Assembly: GCA_019058315.1 (NCBI GenBank)
Contig: JAHPZH010000002.1
Coordinates: 736,001-800,000 of the forward strand
DNA from: Candidatus Helarchaeota archaeon
GTDB lineage: Archaea; Asgardarchaeota; Lokiarchaeia; Helarchaeales; RDOG01
Reading direction: 5' to 3'
Length of the DNA: 64,000 bases
Shown here: one piece after another, positions 8,713-19,332 of the stretch
Layout of the letters: every line of letters starts with the position of its first letter
Position numbering within the stretch: position 1 is the first letter of the stretch
Notes under the pieces: generated by a model
Told to the model about the DNA's origin: nothing
Databases searched by the model: none
Seen by the model: only the letters and a program-made list of their open reading frames with translations
Program-made: the position numbers and the translations under genes

Positions 8713-10725
8713 TTGGATTATATTTCTCACTGGATGATTACACCAAATATTATAGAATCTCGTGAATATCAGCAAAATATTTCAAATACTAGTTCTCAAA
8801 AAAACACATTAGTCATATTGCCGACAGCACTTGGAAAAACAATAATAGCGTTATTAACAGCAGTTAAACGATTAGATGTTTATCCTTGGGCTAAAATACT
8901 CTTTATGGCTCCTACAAGACCTTTGGTTTTGCAACATTATAAGACATTTTCAGAATTTTTAATTTATGATGAAAATAAAGTCTCTGCGATTACAGGAAAA
9001 AATGTTCCAAGAGAAAGAACTATGTTATGGGAACAATCCCAAATTATTTTTACAACTCCCCAAGTTGTTAAAAATGATTTAGAAAATGAACGATATGATC
9101 TTAGCGAAGTAGCATTAGTTATTTTTGATGAAGCACATCGAGCACGCCAGAATTATGCATATACTAAAATTGCTATGAATTACGTTAAAAATAACACTGA
9201 TCCATTAATTTTAGCTTTGACTGCTTCTCCTGGAAAAAACAAAGAACGAATTCAAGAAATAAGTAATCATCTATTTATTGAAGCTATTGAGATGCGTACC
9301 GAAAAGGATGAGGATGTGAAGCAATACGTAAATCCAATTCATATAGAATGGTATAAATTAAAACTTCCAAGAGAATATTTTGGCATAAGGAATCAATTAG
9401 AATCATTGCTTCACAAATTTCTTAAACGCTTACATTACATGAAGTTTTTTTTGAATAAACCAATTCAATATATTTCAAAAATGGATTTAATCAACCTCGG
9501 GAATAAACTTCGAACATACGTTGATAGTAATTATACAAATCAACGTAAAACTTATTATTATTCCGCTTTAAGTATTCAAGCTGCGGCTGTGTCTTTAATG
9601 CATGCAATGGAACTATTAACCACACAAGACATCGAGACATTCTTAAATTTCCTAAATAAAATGGAACGAAATTCGAATGGAAATCATAGAAAATATACTT
9701 TAAAAATAGTAAATGACCCCCAATTTCAAAAATTAAAAGCTATGACTCAAATGTATGCAAATATCGACCACACAAAAATGAATCGTGTCAGAGATATCAT
9801 TTTAGATGAAATAAAAACTAATGAAAACTCAAAAATTATTGTTTTTACTCAATTTCGAGATACGGCTTCAAAAATTGTCGATAAATTACAAATCCTCCCT
9901 AATATTCATCCAGTACGCTTTGTAGGACAGAGTTCGAAGGAGGAAGACATAGGTTTAACTCAAAGTGAACAAGCTGAAATTTTAGAAGAATTTAGTTATG
10001 GAAAATATAATATATTAGTTGCGACTTGTATTGCCGAAGAAGGACTAGATATTCCATCTGTTGAATTAGTAGTTTTTTACGAACCTATACCAAGCGAAAT
10101 ACGCTATATTCAACGTAGAGGACGAACTGGTCGTAAGAAATTTGGGAAGGTAAAAATCTTAATTGCTGAAAAAACATTAGATGAAGCATTTTTTTATGCA
10201 TCTTTGAAACGAGAGAAAGAAATGAAGTCCATAGTTTCCAGACTTGAAAAGGATTTAGATGTTAAAATAAACAGAATCCCATTAAAAAAGCCCGAAAAGC
10301 CAAGTGTTACTGATAAAATAAGTGATATTAATAAAAAATATAAAATTGATAAAAAGAAGAGTTCAAAAAGTAAAACACCTAGTTTTGATCCTAGGAATTA
10401 TAGCTTGGAATTAGAAAAAGGGAAAGTAACAGTTCTTTCCGATAATAAAGTCAATAAACTTAAAGTTAAAAAATGTCAGAAATCTACTCAACTCCTCACA
10501 AATTACAAACCAATAAAAACCAAAGGACTAAGTAATGCTGTGAAATGGGTTATAAGAAGGGCAGGCGAATGTGATAATGGAGATGGGATTAATATTGAAG
10601 AATTTTTAAAAAAATCTGAACTAGAAAATTTTGATCCGGATCTAATCTTAGCAGCAATCTCAAATCTTATTAATGAGGGGCTATTATATCAGCCAAATTC
10701 CCTTAAAATATGTGTTGTAAAATAA
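8713..10725 (+). CDS. hef: Hef/FANCM/Mph1-family SF2 helicase without an ERCC4 nuclease domain
   Basis: REYQ, PTALGKT, DEAH, TAS, EEGLDIP, QRRGRTGR; TTG start. Confidence 0.9.
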   Translation: MDYISHWMITPNIIESREYQQNISNTSSQKNTLVILPTALGKTIIALLTAVKRLDVYPWAKILFMAPTRPLVLQHYKTFSEFLIYDENKVSAITGKNVPRERTMLWEQSQIIFTTPQVVKNDLENERYDLSEVALVIFDEAHRARQNYAYTKIAMNYVKNNTDPLILALTASPGKNKERIQEISNHLFIEAIEMRTEKDEDVKQYVNPIHIEWYKLKLPREYFGIRNQLESLLHKFLKRLHYMKFFLNKPIQYISKMDLINLGNKLRTYVDSNYTNQRKTYYYSALSIQAAAVSLMHAMELLTTQDIETFLNFLNKMERNSNGNHRKYTLKIVNDPQFQKLKAMTQMYANIDHTKMNRVRDIILDEIKTNENSKIIVFTQFRDTASKIVDKLQILPNIHPVRFVGQSSKEEDIGLTQSEQAEILEEFSYGKYNILVATCIAEEGLDIPSVELVVFYEPIPSEIRYIQRRGRTGRKKFGKVKILIAEKTLDEAFFYASLKREKEMKSIVSRLEKDLDVKINRIPLKKPEKPSVTDKISDINKKYKIDKKKSSKSKTPSFDPRNYSLELEKGKVTVLSDNKVNKLKVKKCQKSTQLLTNYKPIKTKGLSNAVKWVIRRAGECDNGDGINIEEFLKKSELENFDPDLILAAISNLINEGLLYQPNSLKICVVK

Positions 10726-10733
10726 AAGGCTCT

Positions 10734-11318
10734 TTACCATAATATTTTCAGTAAAATATTTCCAACATTCCAAGCATCATCAATTGCTCTATGATGAAGA
10801 CCTTCGTGAGGTAAGTTCAATATTTCAAGAGCTTTCATCATACCAACTTCTTGGGACAATTTTTTATTAAAAGCAAATAAATTTTTTACATTAATATGGC
10901 TTGGACCAAATGGATAACCCACTTTAAATAATTCGCATTGTCTATGAAATTGATTTCTATCAAAATCTCCATAACTAGCCCATGTCCTCTTCTCTGTCAA
11001 ATATTTCTTTTTTAAAAGAGAACAAGCTTCCTTGAATGATATTCCTTTGTTAAGTTGCTCCTGAGTTAAATGTGTAAGCCTTGCACAAAACTCACTTAAG
11101 CTAGAAAGTTCCGGCTTTATTATTATGCATTCCTTCTCTAATTTACGTCCTTTAGCAACATCAATAGGACAAACACCTATCTCTATTATCTCAGCTTCCT
11201 CTCCTTTAGGTGGAGATCCTTCCCAACACGTTGCTTCAACATCAATTACAATAATTTGATCAAGTTTTTTAGCCAAATTAAATTCCACTTCTTTTGATTC
11301 TGTGTGAAAAAAAAACAA
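10734..11318 (-). CDS. ERI-1/KapD-type DEDDh 3'-5' exonuclease
   Basis: IDVEATCW, EIIEIG, WASYGDFD, HHRAIDDA. Confidence 0.85.
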   Translation of the reverse strand: MFFFHTESKEVEFNLAKKLDQIIVIDVEATCWEGSPPKGEEAEIIEIGVCPIDVAKGRKLEKECIIIKPELSSLSEFCARLTHLTQEQLNKGISFKEACSLLKKKYLTEKRTWASYGDFDRNQFHRQCELFKVGYPFGPSHINVKNLFAFNKKLSQEVGMMKALEILNLPHEGLHHRAIDDAWNVGNILLKILW

Positions 11319-11380
11319 TTACTACTTTTTATAATTAATGCTTAAAAAAGAAACTAAGAATTGTGGGAAATTATGATATT

Positions 11381-12661
11381 TTATAAAGTAAATTTAATTT
11401 TTAGAGTTTCTTTAAAATTTTTAATCTCGTTCCTTATAGTTACTCTTTCTTTACTTGTCGATTTTAATGTTCTAATAAACCAATCTGCTATTTTGCCAAT
11501 ATCTGATACATCAACTCCCGATCTAGCTAATTCTTGAGTTCCCATTCTACCAACATTGTCAACTATAATTCCTGATTCTTCAAGCATACCAGCTATTTTC
11601 ACAATCCCAAATTTCCATTTATTCATAAATTCCTCCTCTAACACATGGATTTGATGCGTTTTAGAAAAGCCTCTATGGGGACAGCGGATAAAAAAATCAT
11701 TTTCTGAAAGCATCTTTCCCAATTTTTGAGAGAGTTGAACTATTAATTTCGCATAAGGCTCTCCCCACTTTAATAACTCTTCTGTAGCTATTCCAAGAGC
11801 TGCTATACTTCCCCAATGAGAATTATCTTGCCATCTCCAAAAAAAATCTGTATTTATTTTTTCCATGAGTTCTTCTCTGTGAGTAAGAATAATTCCTCGT
11901 TGAGGGCCAAAAAATGTTTTGTGTGTACTTCCATAAAATATATCAGCACCATCTTTAATTGGATCTGGATACGCTTTTCCTGCAATTAGACCAAATATAT
12001 GAGATGCATCGAAAAAAATCATAGTCTCATGTTTAACATTTTCATCAAGTTCCTCTCTAACTCTTTTTATATCGAAAGGAAAGAGTGGAAAAGAGCTGCC
12101 AATAATAACTGCATTTGGTTGTACGCTCTTAAAATGTTTTTTCAGTGAATTATAATCTATATCCCAATTAGAATAATCGAATGGAAGAACCTTAGCTTTT
12201 ATTTGTAATAATTTGGGAAGAAGATGAGGCTCATATCCATCATAACCTCCTCCATCTACTGGTAAAAATGAAATTGTATCTCCTGGCTTAAGTAATGCCC
12301 CCATTGTTATCATAGCTGCTAAATGGCCGGAAAGTGGGCGGACATTAGAATAAGGAACATTAAAGAGCTTTTGAATTTTCTTGTTTGTCTCATTTTCTAC
12401 TTCATCCATATATCGCGTTCCTCTGTAGCCATTTTCAACGATCTCCCCATGAAGCTCTCCAGAGTATGGAAGGGTATATCTTGCTTCTAAATCAGAGGCA
12501 ATAGCTGCTGCTACTGCTGGAGAAAGAAGGTTTTCAGAAGGTATCATGTTTAATGTGGAATTTCGATAAGTCTGATGCTCAATAATTAAGCGAGAAATAT
12601 CTGATTTTTTTGAAATTTTTTGAAAAAATTCCTTAACATCCCAAATTGACAAATTTACCAC
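11381..12661 (-). CDS. glyA: Serine hydroxymethyltransferase (archaeal type)
   Basis: NMIPSEN, YRGTRYMDEVE, DASH, GSTHKTFFGPQRG (PLP lysine). Confidence 0.9.
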   Translation of the reverse strand: MVNLSIWDVKEFFQKISKKSDISRLIIEHQTYRNSTLNMIPSENLLSPAVAAAIASDLEARYTLPYSGELHGEIVENGYRGTRYMDEVENETNKKIQKLFNVPYSNVRPLSGHLAAMITMGALLKPGDTISFLPVDGGGYDGYEPHLLPKLLQIKAKVLPFDYSNWDIDYNSLKKHFKSVQPNAVIIGSSFPLFPFDIKRVREELDENVKHETMIFFDASHIFGLIAGKAYPDPIKDGADIFYGSTHKTFFGPQRGIILTHREELMEKINTDFFWRWQDNSHWGSIAALGIATEELLKWGEPYAKLIVQLSQKLGKMLSENDFFIRCPHRGFSKTHQIHVLEEEFMNKWKFGIVKIAGMLEESGIIVDNVGRMGTQELARSGVDVSDIGKIADWFIRTLKSTSKERVTIRNEIKNFKETLKIKFTL

Positions 12662-12739
12662 ATTCTTAATAATTCTTGACGTAATGTATATATTTGAATA
12701 ATATGAAAATTAATTAATTGGTTTTTTGGTGATTTTAAT

Positions 12740-13783
12740 TTGCCTTGTACAACCATTGGAGTAGTTCCTCCAGCAACTTGCGATGGACAAGCTTATTTAT
12801 CTTGGAATTTAGATATAATGCGACCCATCAAATTAGTTCTTAACAGATGTAAATTTTTTATCACTCCAAATGAGCCTTATTCTTATGTATCATTTGGATT
12901 GCCAAATCTTGGCGGTTTTGGGTTAATGAATGAGACAGGGCTATCAGCAGTAGGAAATGCGGTAGGTGTCATGGATGGAAATCCTTACGGAAAAATAATA
13001 TGGTCTTTATGGGCTGATGCACTCAAAAATTATTCAAATGTTGAAGAAGTAACTTCACATCTTGAAAAAGCGACCCGTATGGCTGTTCCTGGTGCTAATT
13101 TATCAATTTTTATGAATTTAAATACCATGTGGATGGATAGCGGTGGAAATGCCGCAATAATTGAATACTCTGGAAGCCATGTTGCTGTAAAATATATTGA
13201 AGAAACAGGTGTTCTTGTAGAAACAAATCACCATCAATTTTTGGATCGAAAAAAATCCGGCTCTGGTGATCCATTAAAACAAAAAGCTTTATCTGGATCA
13301 TATGCTAGATTAGGAAGGGCATGGGAACTAGCAAAAAAATGGGATGGGCAATTTGATTTAGAAAAAGTGAAAAAATTTGCTTCTGATCATGAAAAAAATT
13401 ATGATTTACTAAAGGAATTTGGAATTGGTCCTGATAAGATAATTGATGATACAACTATTTGTTGTCATTATTGGAATCATACGAGATATATGCAACAAAA
13501 TAAAATCTTTCAAGCTTTAGAGGAAGTTGCAGCAGGAGAAACTCTTATGGGATTTATCATGGAACCGATTAAAAAAAGAATCCACTGGTGTCCTGAAAAA
13601 CCATGCCGGACTCCTTATAAAACCTATGATGCGGCAAAAGCATTCAAAAAAGCTAATGAATATAAGAAAAAACATAAATTGCCAAAAAAAATTGATATTT
13701 TTGATTCGAAATTCTTCAATAAATATGTTTTAAAATTTCTTTATTGGTCCTTCTCTTCGCTAGATAAATTAATTCCAATATAA
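12740..13783 (+). CDS. Peptidase C45 / Ntn-hydrolase family protein
   Basis: N-terminal CT nucleophile, WNLD, GLMNETGL, TNH, SYARL. Confidence 0.75.
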   Translation: MPCTTIGVVPPATCDGQAYLSWNLDIMRPIKLVLNRCKFFITPNEPYSYVSFGLPNLGGFGLMNETGLSAVGNAVGVMDGNPYGKIIWSLWADALKNYSNVEEVTSHLEKATRMAVPGANLSIFMNLNTMWMDSGGNAAIIEYSGSHVAVKYIEETGVLVETNHHQFLDRKKSGSGDPLKQKALSGSYARLGRAWELAKKWDGQFDLEKVKKFASDHEKNYDLLKEFGIGPDKIIDDTTICCHYWNHTRYMQQNKIFQALEEVAAGETLMGFIMEPIKKRIHWCPEKPCRTPYKTYDAAKAFKKANEYKKKHKLPKKIDIFDSKFFNKYVLKFLYWSFSSLDKLIPI

Positions 13784-13912
13784 TTTTTGTTTTTTATTTC
13801 TCTAATATTTTGTTCCTATAGTTGACAAAATTTAATATCAAATAAATAGTTGTCAGTGTCTTTAGATATATGAAATAATACATACAATTAAATCAGTAAT
13901 TAAATCATTAAG

Positions 13913-14794
13913 TTGTTTATTCAAATGTTAATAACTCATAAACTGTATAATATGGACTGTTTGGAGGGTATGAGAAAATATATAGAAGATTCTTCCATTG
14001 ATCTCGTCATTACTTCACCCCCATATAATATTAAATTAAAAGCTAGAAATGAATATACAAAAAATTATATGGATAACTTATCAGAAGAAGCATATCGCGG
14101 AAAAATAAAAGAATTGATTGAAGAATTAATCAGGGTAACTAAAGATGATGGCTCTATATGGATAAATATGAAAAGTCGATATTTCAATGAGGAAAGGAAG
14201 GTTGTCACTGCAACTTATGGCAGTTTGGAACCACCAACTTGGATATTAGAATATACTTGGGGTAAATTATACTTAAAAAATTTGGTCATTTGGAATTATG
14301 ATATAAACAGCGATACGAAAAATAATAAATTCCATCCACGATATGAATTCTTTTTTTGGTTTACAAAGAAGGCGAAGGATTATAAATTCTTTTTAGATGA
14401 AATTCGAGTTATCCCAAAGACAAGAGATAAACGAAACAACCCGAAAGGGGCAAATCCTACTGATGTTTGGTATATCCCCCTCGTAAAAGGAAATTCTCGA
14501 GAAAGAAACTTTCATCCAGCTCAATATCCAGAGAAATTAGTTGAGAGAATCATGAAAGGTTGTAGTGAAGAATATGATACTATATTAGACCCCTTTCTTG
14601 GATCGGGAACTACTATGGTCGTTGCTAAAAAATTAAACCGAAATTGTATTGGATTTGAAATTAATAGTGAATATGTTAAAAATACGGAAAAAAGAATGAA
14701 TTTAGCTCAAAAAAGTATAACTGAATTCAGAACATCAAACACTCCTACCATAAAAAATGTTATTGTAAATCAACTTGAAATAATTAAAAGATAA
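13913..14794 (+). CDS. Beta-class N4-cytosine/N6-adenine DNA methyltransferase
   Basis: TSPPY catalytic motif, TDVW, HPAQYP, DPFLGSGTT. Confidence 0.9.
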   Translation: MFIQMLITHKLYNMDCLEGMRKYIEDSSIDLVITSPPYNIKLKARNEYTKNYMDNLSEEAYRGKIKELIEELIRVTKDDGSIWINMKSRYFNEERKVVTATYGSLEPPTWILEYTWGKLYLKNLVIWNYDINSDTKNNKFHPRYEFFFWFTKKAKDYKFFLDEIRVIPKTRDKRNNPKGANPTDVWYIPLVKGNSRERNFHPAQYPEKLVERIMKGCSEEYDTILDPFLGSGTTMVVAKKLNRNCIGFEINSEYVKNTEKRMNLAQKSITEFRTSNTPTIKNVIVNQLEIIKR

Positions 14795-14816
14795 AAAAAG
14801 AAAAAAAGTTTGAAAA

Positions 14817-16112
14817 TTATTTTCTCTTTTTAATAATTATGATTATAATGATTACTACTGTAGCTAAACCTATTCCAATTATTGAGAATAGTATTATTGG
14901 TTGATCTCCAGCTCCTATTTGTTGCATTCCTACCCCTAAAATTAAAAATTGAAGATCTTCTTCACTTGAGATAGGATTGTAAAATAAGTATACATGTTGA
15001 TCTAGTGAGCCTGCAACGATATATTGACCATTTACTGAAATCGCAACGTCTAGAATCATTCCTCCAGTTGTATAGTTCCATATAAATCCTTTCCTACTGA
15101 GGAGAGTTATATTGCCACTATTATCTCCTGCAACAATGAATTTGCCATCTGCTGAGATTGCCACAGTATAAACATTATATCCAGTATCATAATCCCATAC
15201 TTTAGTACCATCTTGCCTCAATAAAATAACTTTATTATCATCACTTCCAGCCACTATATATTTTCCATCTTGCGAAATTGCCACCGAGTTAACCGAGTCA
15301 TTAGTTGTAAAATTCCACATTAAACCAGTTCTGTTAGACAAAGTAACATTATTAGATGAACTTCCAGCTGCTACATAATAACCATCAGATGTCATATCTA
15401 CTGACCAGACGATACCTCCCATAAAAAGATCCCAAATTACTGTTCCGTTAGTATAACCATAAGTAACGTAGCTAGAATCACCTCCACAAACAGCAAACTG
15501 ATAATCTGCCGACACATCCATGGAACGGATAGTGTCTGCTGAAATAGGACCGCTCAACATTAAGTTAATTCCGTTGAATTCAGGGTTAAATGTGTTAAAC
15601 GAAGTTCCCCATCCATTTATATCTCCAACAATAAAATAAGAACCATTTTCTATTATTGTAGTTGTAAGTAACATATTTGCCGATGTGTAGTAATCTAAAA
15701 ATCCAGTTTGGTTAAATAAAGTAATATTATTAGCACTATCTATTGACACCATATATTGACCATCTGCAGAAATAACTACATCAAATATATTGGCTCCTGA
15801 ATTATAAAACCACTGAATACCATCCTTCTCATATAATGAAACATTACAAGGACCTAGTGACCATTCTCCTACTACAAAATATCTCCCATCTGCTGACATA
15901 TCTATAAAATAAGGAGTATTTGTAGTGGACCAATTATTTAACAAATTAGGAGTTGTAGATGTTTTAAGAACGTCAGTTGCTCTTTTATTTTTCAAAAGGT
16001 TGTTATTCCATAGTTGACTATTATTCGGTAATGTAACAAAACTTGTAAAAAATACTATAAATATCAATAAAATTTGAGAAATCAATAGACTTATAATTTT
16101 ATTTCTCTTCAT
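14817..16112 (-). CDS. Secreted, C-terminally anchored WD40-like beta-propeller surface protein
   Basis: Signal-like N-terminus, repeated VAISxDGxYIVAG units, C-terminal TM helix plus KKRK. Confidence 0.85.
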   Translation of the reverse strand: MKRNKIISLLISQILLIFIVFFTSFVTLPNNSQLWNNNLLKNKRATDVLKTSTTPNLLNNWSTTNTPYFIDMSADGRYFVVGEWSLGPCNVSLYEKDGIQWFYNSGANIFDVVISADGQYMVSIDSANNITLFNQTGFLDYYTSANMLLTTTIIENGSYFIVGDINGWGTSFNTFNPEFNGINLMLSGPISADTIRSMDVSADYQFAVCGGDSSYVTYGYTNGTVIWDLFMGGIVWSVDMTSDGYYVAAGSSSNNVTLSNRTGLMWNFTTNDSVNSVAISQDGKYIVAGSDDNKVILLRQDGTKVWDYDTGYNVYTVAISADGKFIVAGDNSGNITLLSRKGFIWNYTTGGMILDVAISVNGQYIVAGSLDQHVYLFYNPISSEEDLQFLILGVGMQQIGAGDQPIILFSIIGIGLATVVIIIIIIIKKRK

Positions 16113-16270
16113 AATTTTCCCTTGATTAAAATAGTAATTTCCAATATTAAAATAAGAATAAAATCTTTACTGCTTAAAATTCAAATAATCATGATTAATC
16201 AAAATTAAATATTAAACAATAAATGAAGAAATTAGAATATCAATATTCTCGTTTATTTATTTCTTATAAT

Positions 16271-17107
16271 TTAAAGCTTAAGTTCTTTGATTTCATAATC
16301 TTTTATTCCCAAACCATATTCAATTGAGTATGAAAGATGTTTTACGTCACTGAATTCTTTTTTAGGGTATGCCGGAGTATGTTTTTTTAATAATTTAAAA
16401 CCAAAGATATCTAATGCAACTGGATTGGTTCCAGCTATCATGTAACCAAGATCAAGAGGTTTCCCACCAAGTCGTAATTCATTAGCTACCATCATTGTTT
16501 TAATCGCATCCATGATAGTAAGGTGAAATTTAGGTCCTCTATCTTTATATAACAGCCAATTAGCTTCTGCAATCAATTTATCAACATCATTCCCGCCAGT
16601 ATGCATTTCAACCCTCTGCTTTCTATCAAAATATCCAACAACATTCTTTAATGCACCAGTCATTGTGCAAACTGGGTGAAATTTTAATACAGGTAAAGAA
16701 ATTATGCAATCAAATTCATTAAATGGTACGCTCGACATTTTAACAACGTATCCACGTTCCGTCTTCAGTTCCTCCATTTTTTCTTGATAAAAGTCAATAA
16801 ATGGAACATTTAGTTTCTCACAAAGGTTCTTGATTGGAGTATTTTTCATTTTTCTCTTAAATAAATCAAATGAATATCCATCTCCAACAAAAATACTAGT
16901 TTGAAGCTTTTCTAGAAATTGAATTACTGTCTCTAAAGTCTCTATATGTGTGGTTGTGGGATATTCATTATAAGATACTAGGTTTGGTTTTATTAGAATT
17001 TTACCTTTTAGTTGATTTTCAAAAATTTTTAAGATTTCAGTAATAAATTTCTTTCTTTGACTGGTTTTAGCAAAATAAACAAGGTTTCCCGACATTAAAA
17101 TAAACAA
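16271..17107 (-). CDS. DUF362 family protein
   Basis: ILIKPN, TTTH, ISLPVLKFH..MTGALKN, DAI, NPVALD. Confidence 0.85.
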   Translation of the reverse strand: MFILMSGNLVYFAKTSQRKKFITEILKIFENQLKGKILIKPNLVSYNEYPTTTHIETLETVIQFLEKLQTSIFVGDGYSFDLFKRKMKNTPIKNLCEKLNVPFIDFYQEKMEELKTERGYVVKMSSVPFNEFDCIISLPVLKFHPVCTMTGALKNVVGYFDRKQRVEMHTGGNDVDKLIAEANWLLYKDRGPKFHLTIMDAIKTMMVANELRLGGKPLDLGYMIAGTNPVALDIFGFKLLKKHTPAYPKKEFSDVKHLSYSIEYGLGIKDYEIKELKL

Positions 17108-17336
17108 ACCTAAAAAATTATTTAATAATTTTATTGATTTTTTATAATACGTATTTAGTACTTATTGACTAATTAATGGCATAATTGATACTGTTTAAAA
17201 TTAGAGAATAACATTTAATAATCTGCTCTCTATGTTTATTTTAAATTGTATATTCAAATTGAAACTTGAAACTATTTTCTGAAATGACATATTAAATTAA
17301 ATATTAACGAAAATAACTCAAGGAGTTTGAAGAATT

Positions 17337-18620
17337 ATGGGTAAACTTGGAAGAGAAGTTGCCATTGTTGCTGTAGGTATGTGTAAATTCGGGAATTATT
17401 CAAAATATGGTAAGCCAGAAAACATGAAAACATCAAGAGACTTATGGCTTGAAGCATATGAGGATATGCTCAAACATATCGATAAAATGAACAATATACA
17501 AGAAGAAGTTGAATGTTTATACTTAGGAAATTTTTCCTCTGATTTATTTGAAGGTCAAGGGCATTTAGCACCATTGATGGCAGAATTAATTGGTTTAGTT
17601 CCAAAACCTGCAATGCGTGTTGAAGATGCATGTGTAAGCGGCGGTGTTGCACTGCGATTAGGTGTCTTAGCGGTAGCTAGCGGGTTCTACGATACAGTTA
17701 TATCTGGAGGAGTCGAGAAAATGTGCGATTTGACTACTGCAGGTGTAACAGACACATTGGCTGCTGCATCTGACTTAATTTACGAACTTCCTTATGGTTC
17801 GACTTTTCCTGGATTATATGCTAATGTTGCTACTGCTCACATGGCAAAATTCGAAACAACTGAAGAACAAATGCACCGTGTTGCTATAAAAAATCATAAT
17901 AACGGTTCGTTAAATCCAAAAGCACAAATGCCAATAACAATTAAACAGATGATGGAAAAAACTAAGAAGAAATTGGAAGCTAAAGGAAGACCAATACCTG
18001 ATTGGAAGGATGAAATGGATTATCTAATGGACAAATCCGCAAATCCTATGATCGCATATCCATTAAGACTTAATGATTGTTCATTAGTTACCGATGGAGC
18101 TGCGATGTGCATAATTACTACTAAAGAAAAAGCAAAAAAGTGGACCGACACTCCCGTATATATAATTGGATCTGGACAAGGTAGTGACACCCTTGCCTTA
18201 CATTCCCGCCCTGAGAGATATACTCTAAGGGCTGCTGTTCAGGCTTCTAAAGAAGCTTTTAAAATGGCAGGAGTAGGACCTAAAGATATCCAATGTGCTG
18301 AAGTTCATGATTGTTTTACCATAGCTGAACTTGTGGCAATGGAAGATTTAGGATTTTTCCCTAGAGGTGAAGCTGCGCAAGCGGTAGAACAGGGATTAAC
18401 GGAATTAAATGCTCAATTACCAATAAATACAAGTGGCGGTCTTAAAAGCAAAGGACATCCAATCGGAGCATCAGGAATTGGACAGATGGTTGAGATATTT
18501 AAGCAAATGAGAGGACAAGCCGAAGGTAAAAGACAATTAAAAGATAGACCTGAAATTGCGTTAACACATAATGTTGGAGGCAGTGGTGGTAGTTGTGCCA
18601 TCCATATTTACAAAGTCTAG
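17337..18620 (+). CDS. Thiolase (archaeal acetyl-CoA C-acyltransferase type)
   Basis: EDACVSG, GVEKM, EVHDCFT, NTSGGLKSKGHPIGASG, HNVGG. Confidence 0.92.
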   Translation: MGKLGREVAIVAVGMCKFGNYSKYGKPENMKTSRDLWLEAYEDMLKHIDKMNNIQEEVECLYLGNFSSDLFEGQGHLAPLMAELIGLVPKPAMRVEDACVSGGVALRLGVLAVASGFYDTVISGGVEKMCDLTTAGVTDTLAAASDLIYELPYGSTFPGLYANVATAHMAKFETTEEQMHRVAIKNHNNGSLNPKAQMPITIKQMMEKTKKKLEAKGRPIPDWKDEMDYLMDKSANPMIAYPLRLNDCSLVTDGAAMCIITTKEKAKKWTDTPVYIIGSGQGSDTLALHSRPERYTLRAAVQASKEAFKMAGVGPKDIQCAEVHDCFTIAELVAMEDLGFFPRGEAAQAVEQGLTELNAQLPINTSGGLKSKGHPIGASGIGQMVEIFKQMRGQAEGKRQLKDRPEIALTHNVGGSGGSCAIHIYKV

Positions 18621-18628
18621 GAGGTTGA

Positions 18629-19075
18629 ATGATGTCTGAAAAACCATTTACTGTGCAAAGTTACATTGATTTTATTAATGAAAAAAAATTAATGGGAACA
18701 AAGTGCAAAGATTGTGGAAACATTGATCTTCCTCCTAAATCGATTTGTTCTAAGTGCTTTAAAGACAATGTAGAATGGATAGAAGTTGAAGGCAAAGGAA
18801 AATTAGCTACATTCTCTGCTATTCATGTTGGTACTACTTTAATGAATAATAAAGGGTATTCTATGAAAAAACCATATCTATTTGGTACAATTGACCTAGA
18901 TTGTGGAGTTTCTATCAGTTCACATATTAAAGGATTTGATGAATTAAATCCTGAAAAAATAAAATTTGGCACTCGATTAAAAGCAAATTTCGAAGATGGC
19001 ACGGAAACATTCGTAGATAGAAAGGGAAATGCTTCTGAAAGACCTAAAGTATTTTTATCTTTCGTTCCTGAATAA
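18629..19075 (+). CDS. DUF35 Zn-ribbon/OB-fold thiolase partner
   Basis: CKDCG..PP..ICSKC then OB fold; 8 nt after the thiolase with a GGAGG RBS. Confidence 0.9.
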   Translation: MMSEKPFTVQSYIDFINEKKLMGTKCKDCGNIDLPPKSICSKCFKDNVEWIEVEGKGKLATFSAIHVGTTLMNNKGYSMKKPYLFGTIDLDCGVSISSHIKGFDELNPEKIKFGTRLKANFEDGTETFVDRKGNASERPKVFLSFVPE

Positions 19076-19332
19076 TATCTATTTTATTTTTTTCTTTTTC
19101 TCTATAAATCTTAAATTTTTAAAATTAATAGTTGGTTTAAGTTGATTTTTTAAGGTTTTTCAATTTTCTTACTATTTAATCATTTAATATAATAATAATA
19201 AAAAATTGAAAAAATCAATAAAGAATTAATTTTTAAGATTTAGTAAAATAAAATCTCATTTACAAATTCTACAAAGCCTTCAAATGATTAAATATTGATA
19301 TAAAGAGAGACATTAATTGGGATAGTTATAAA

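Noticed and set aside
17337-19075. Thiolase-DUF35 pair as a novel system
   Set aside because: A well-known, widespread archaeal gene pair.
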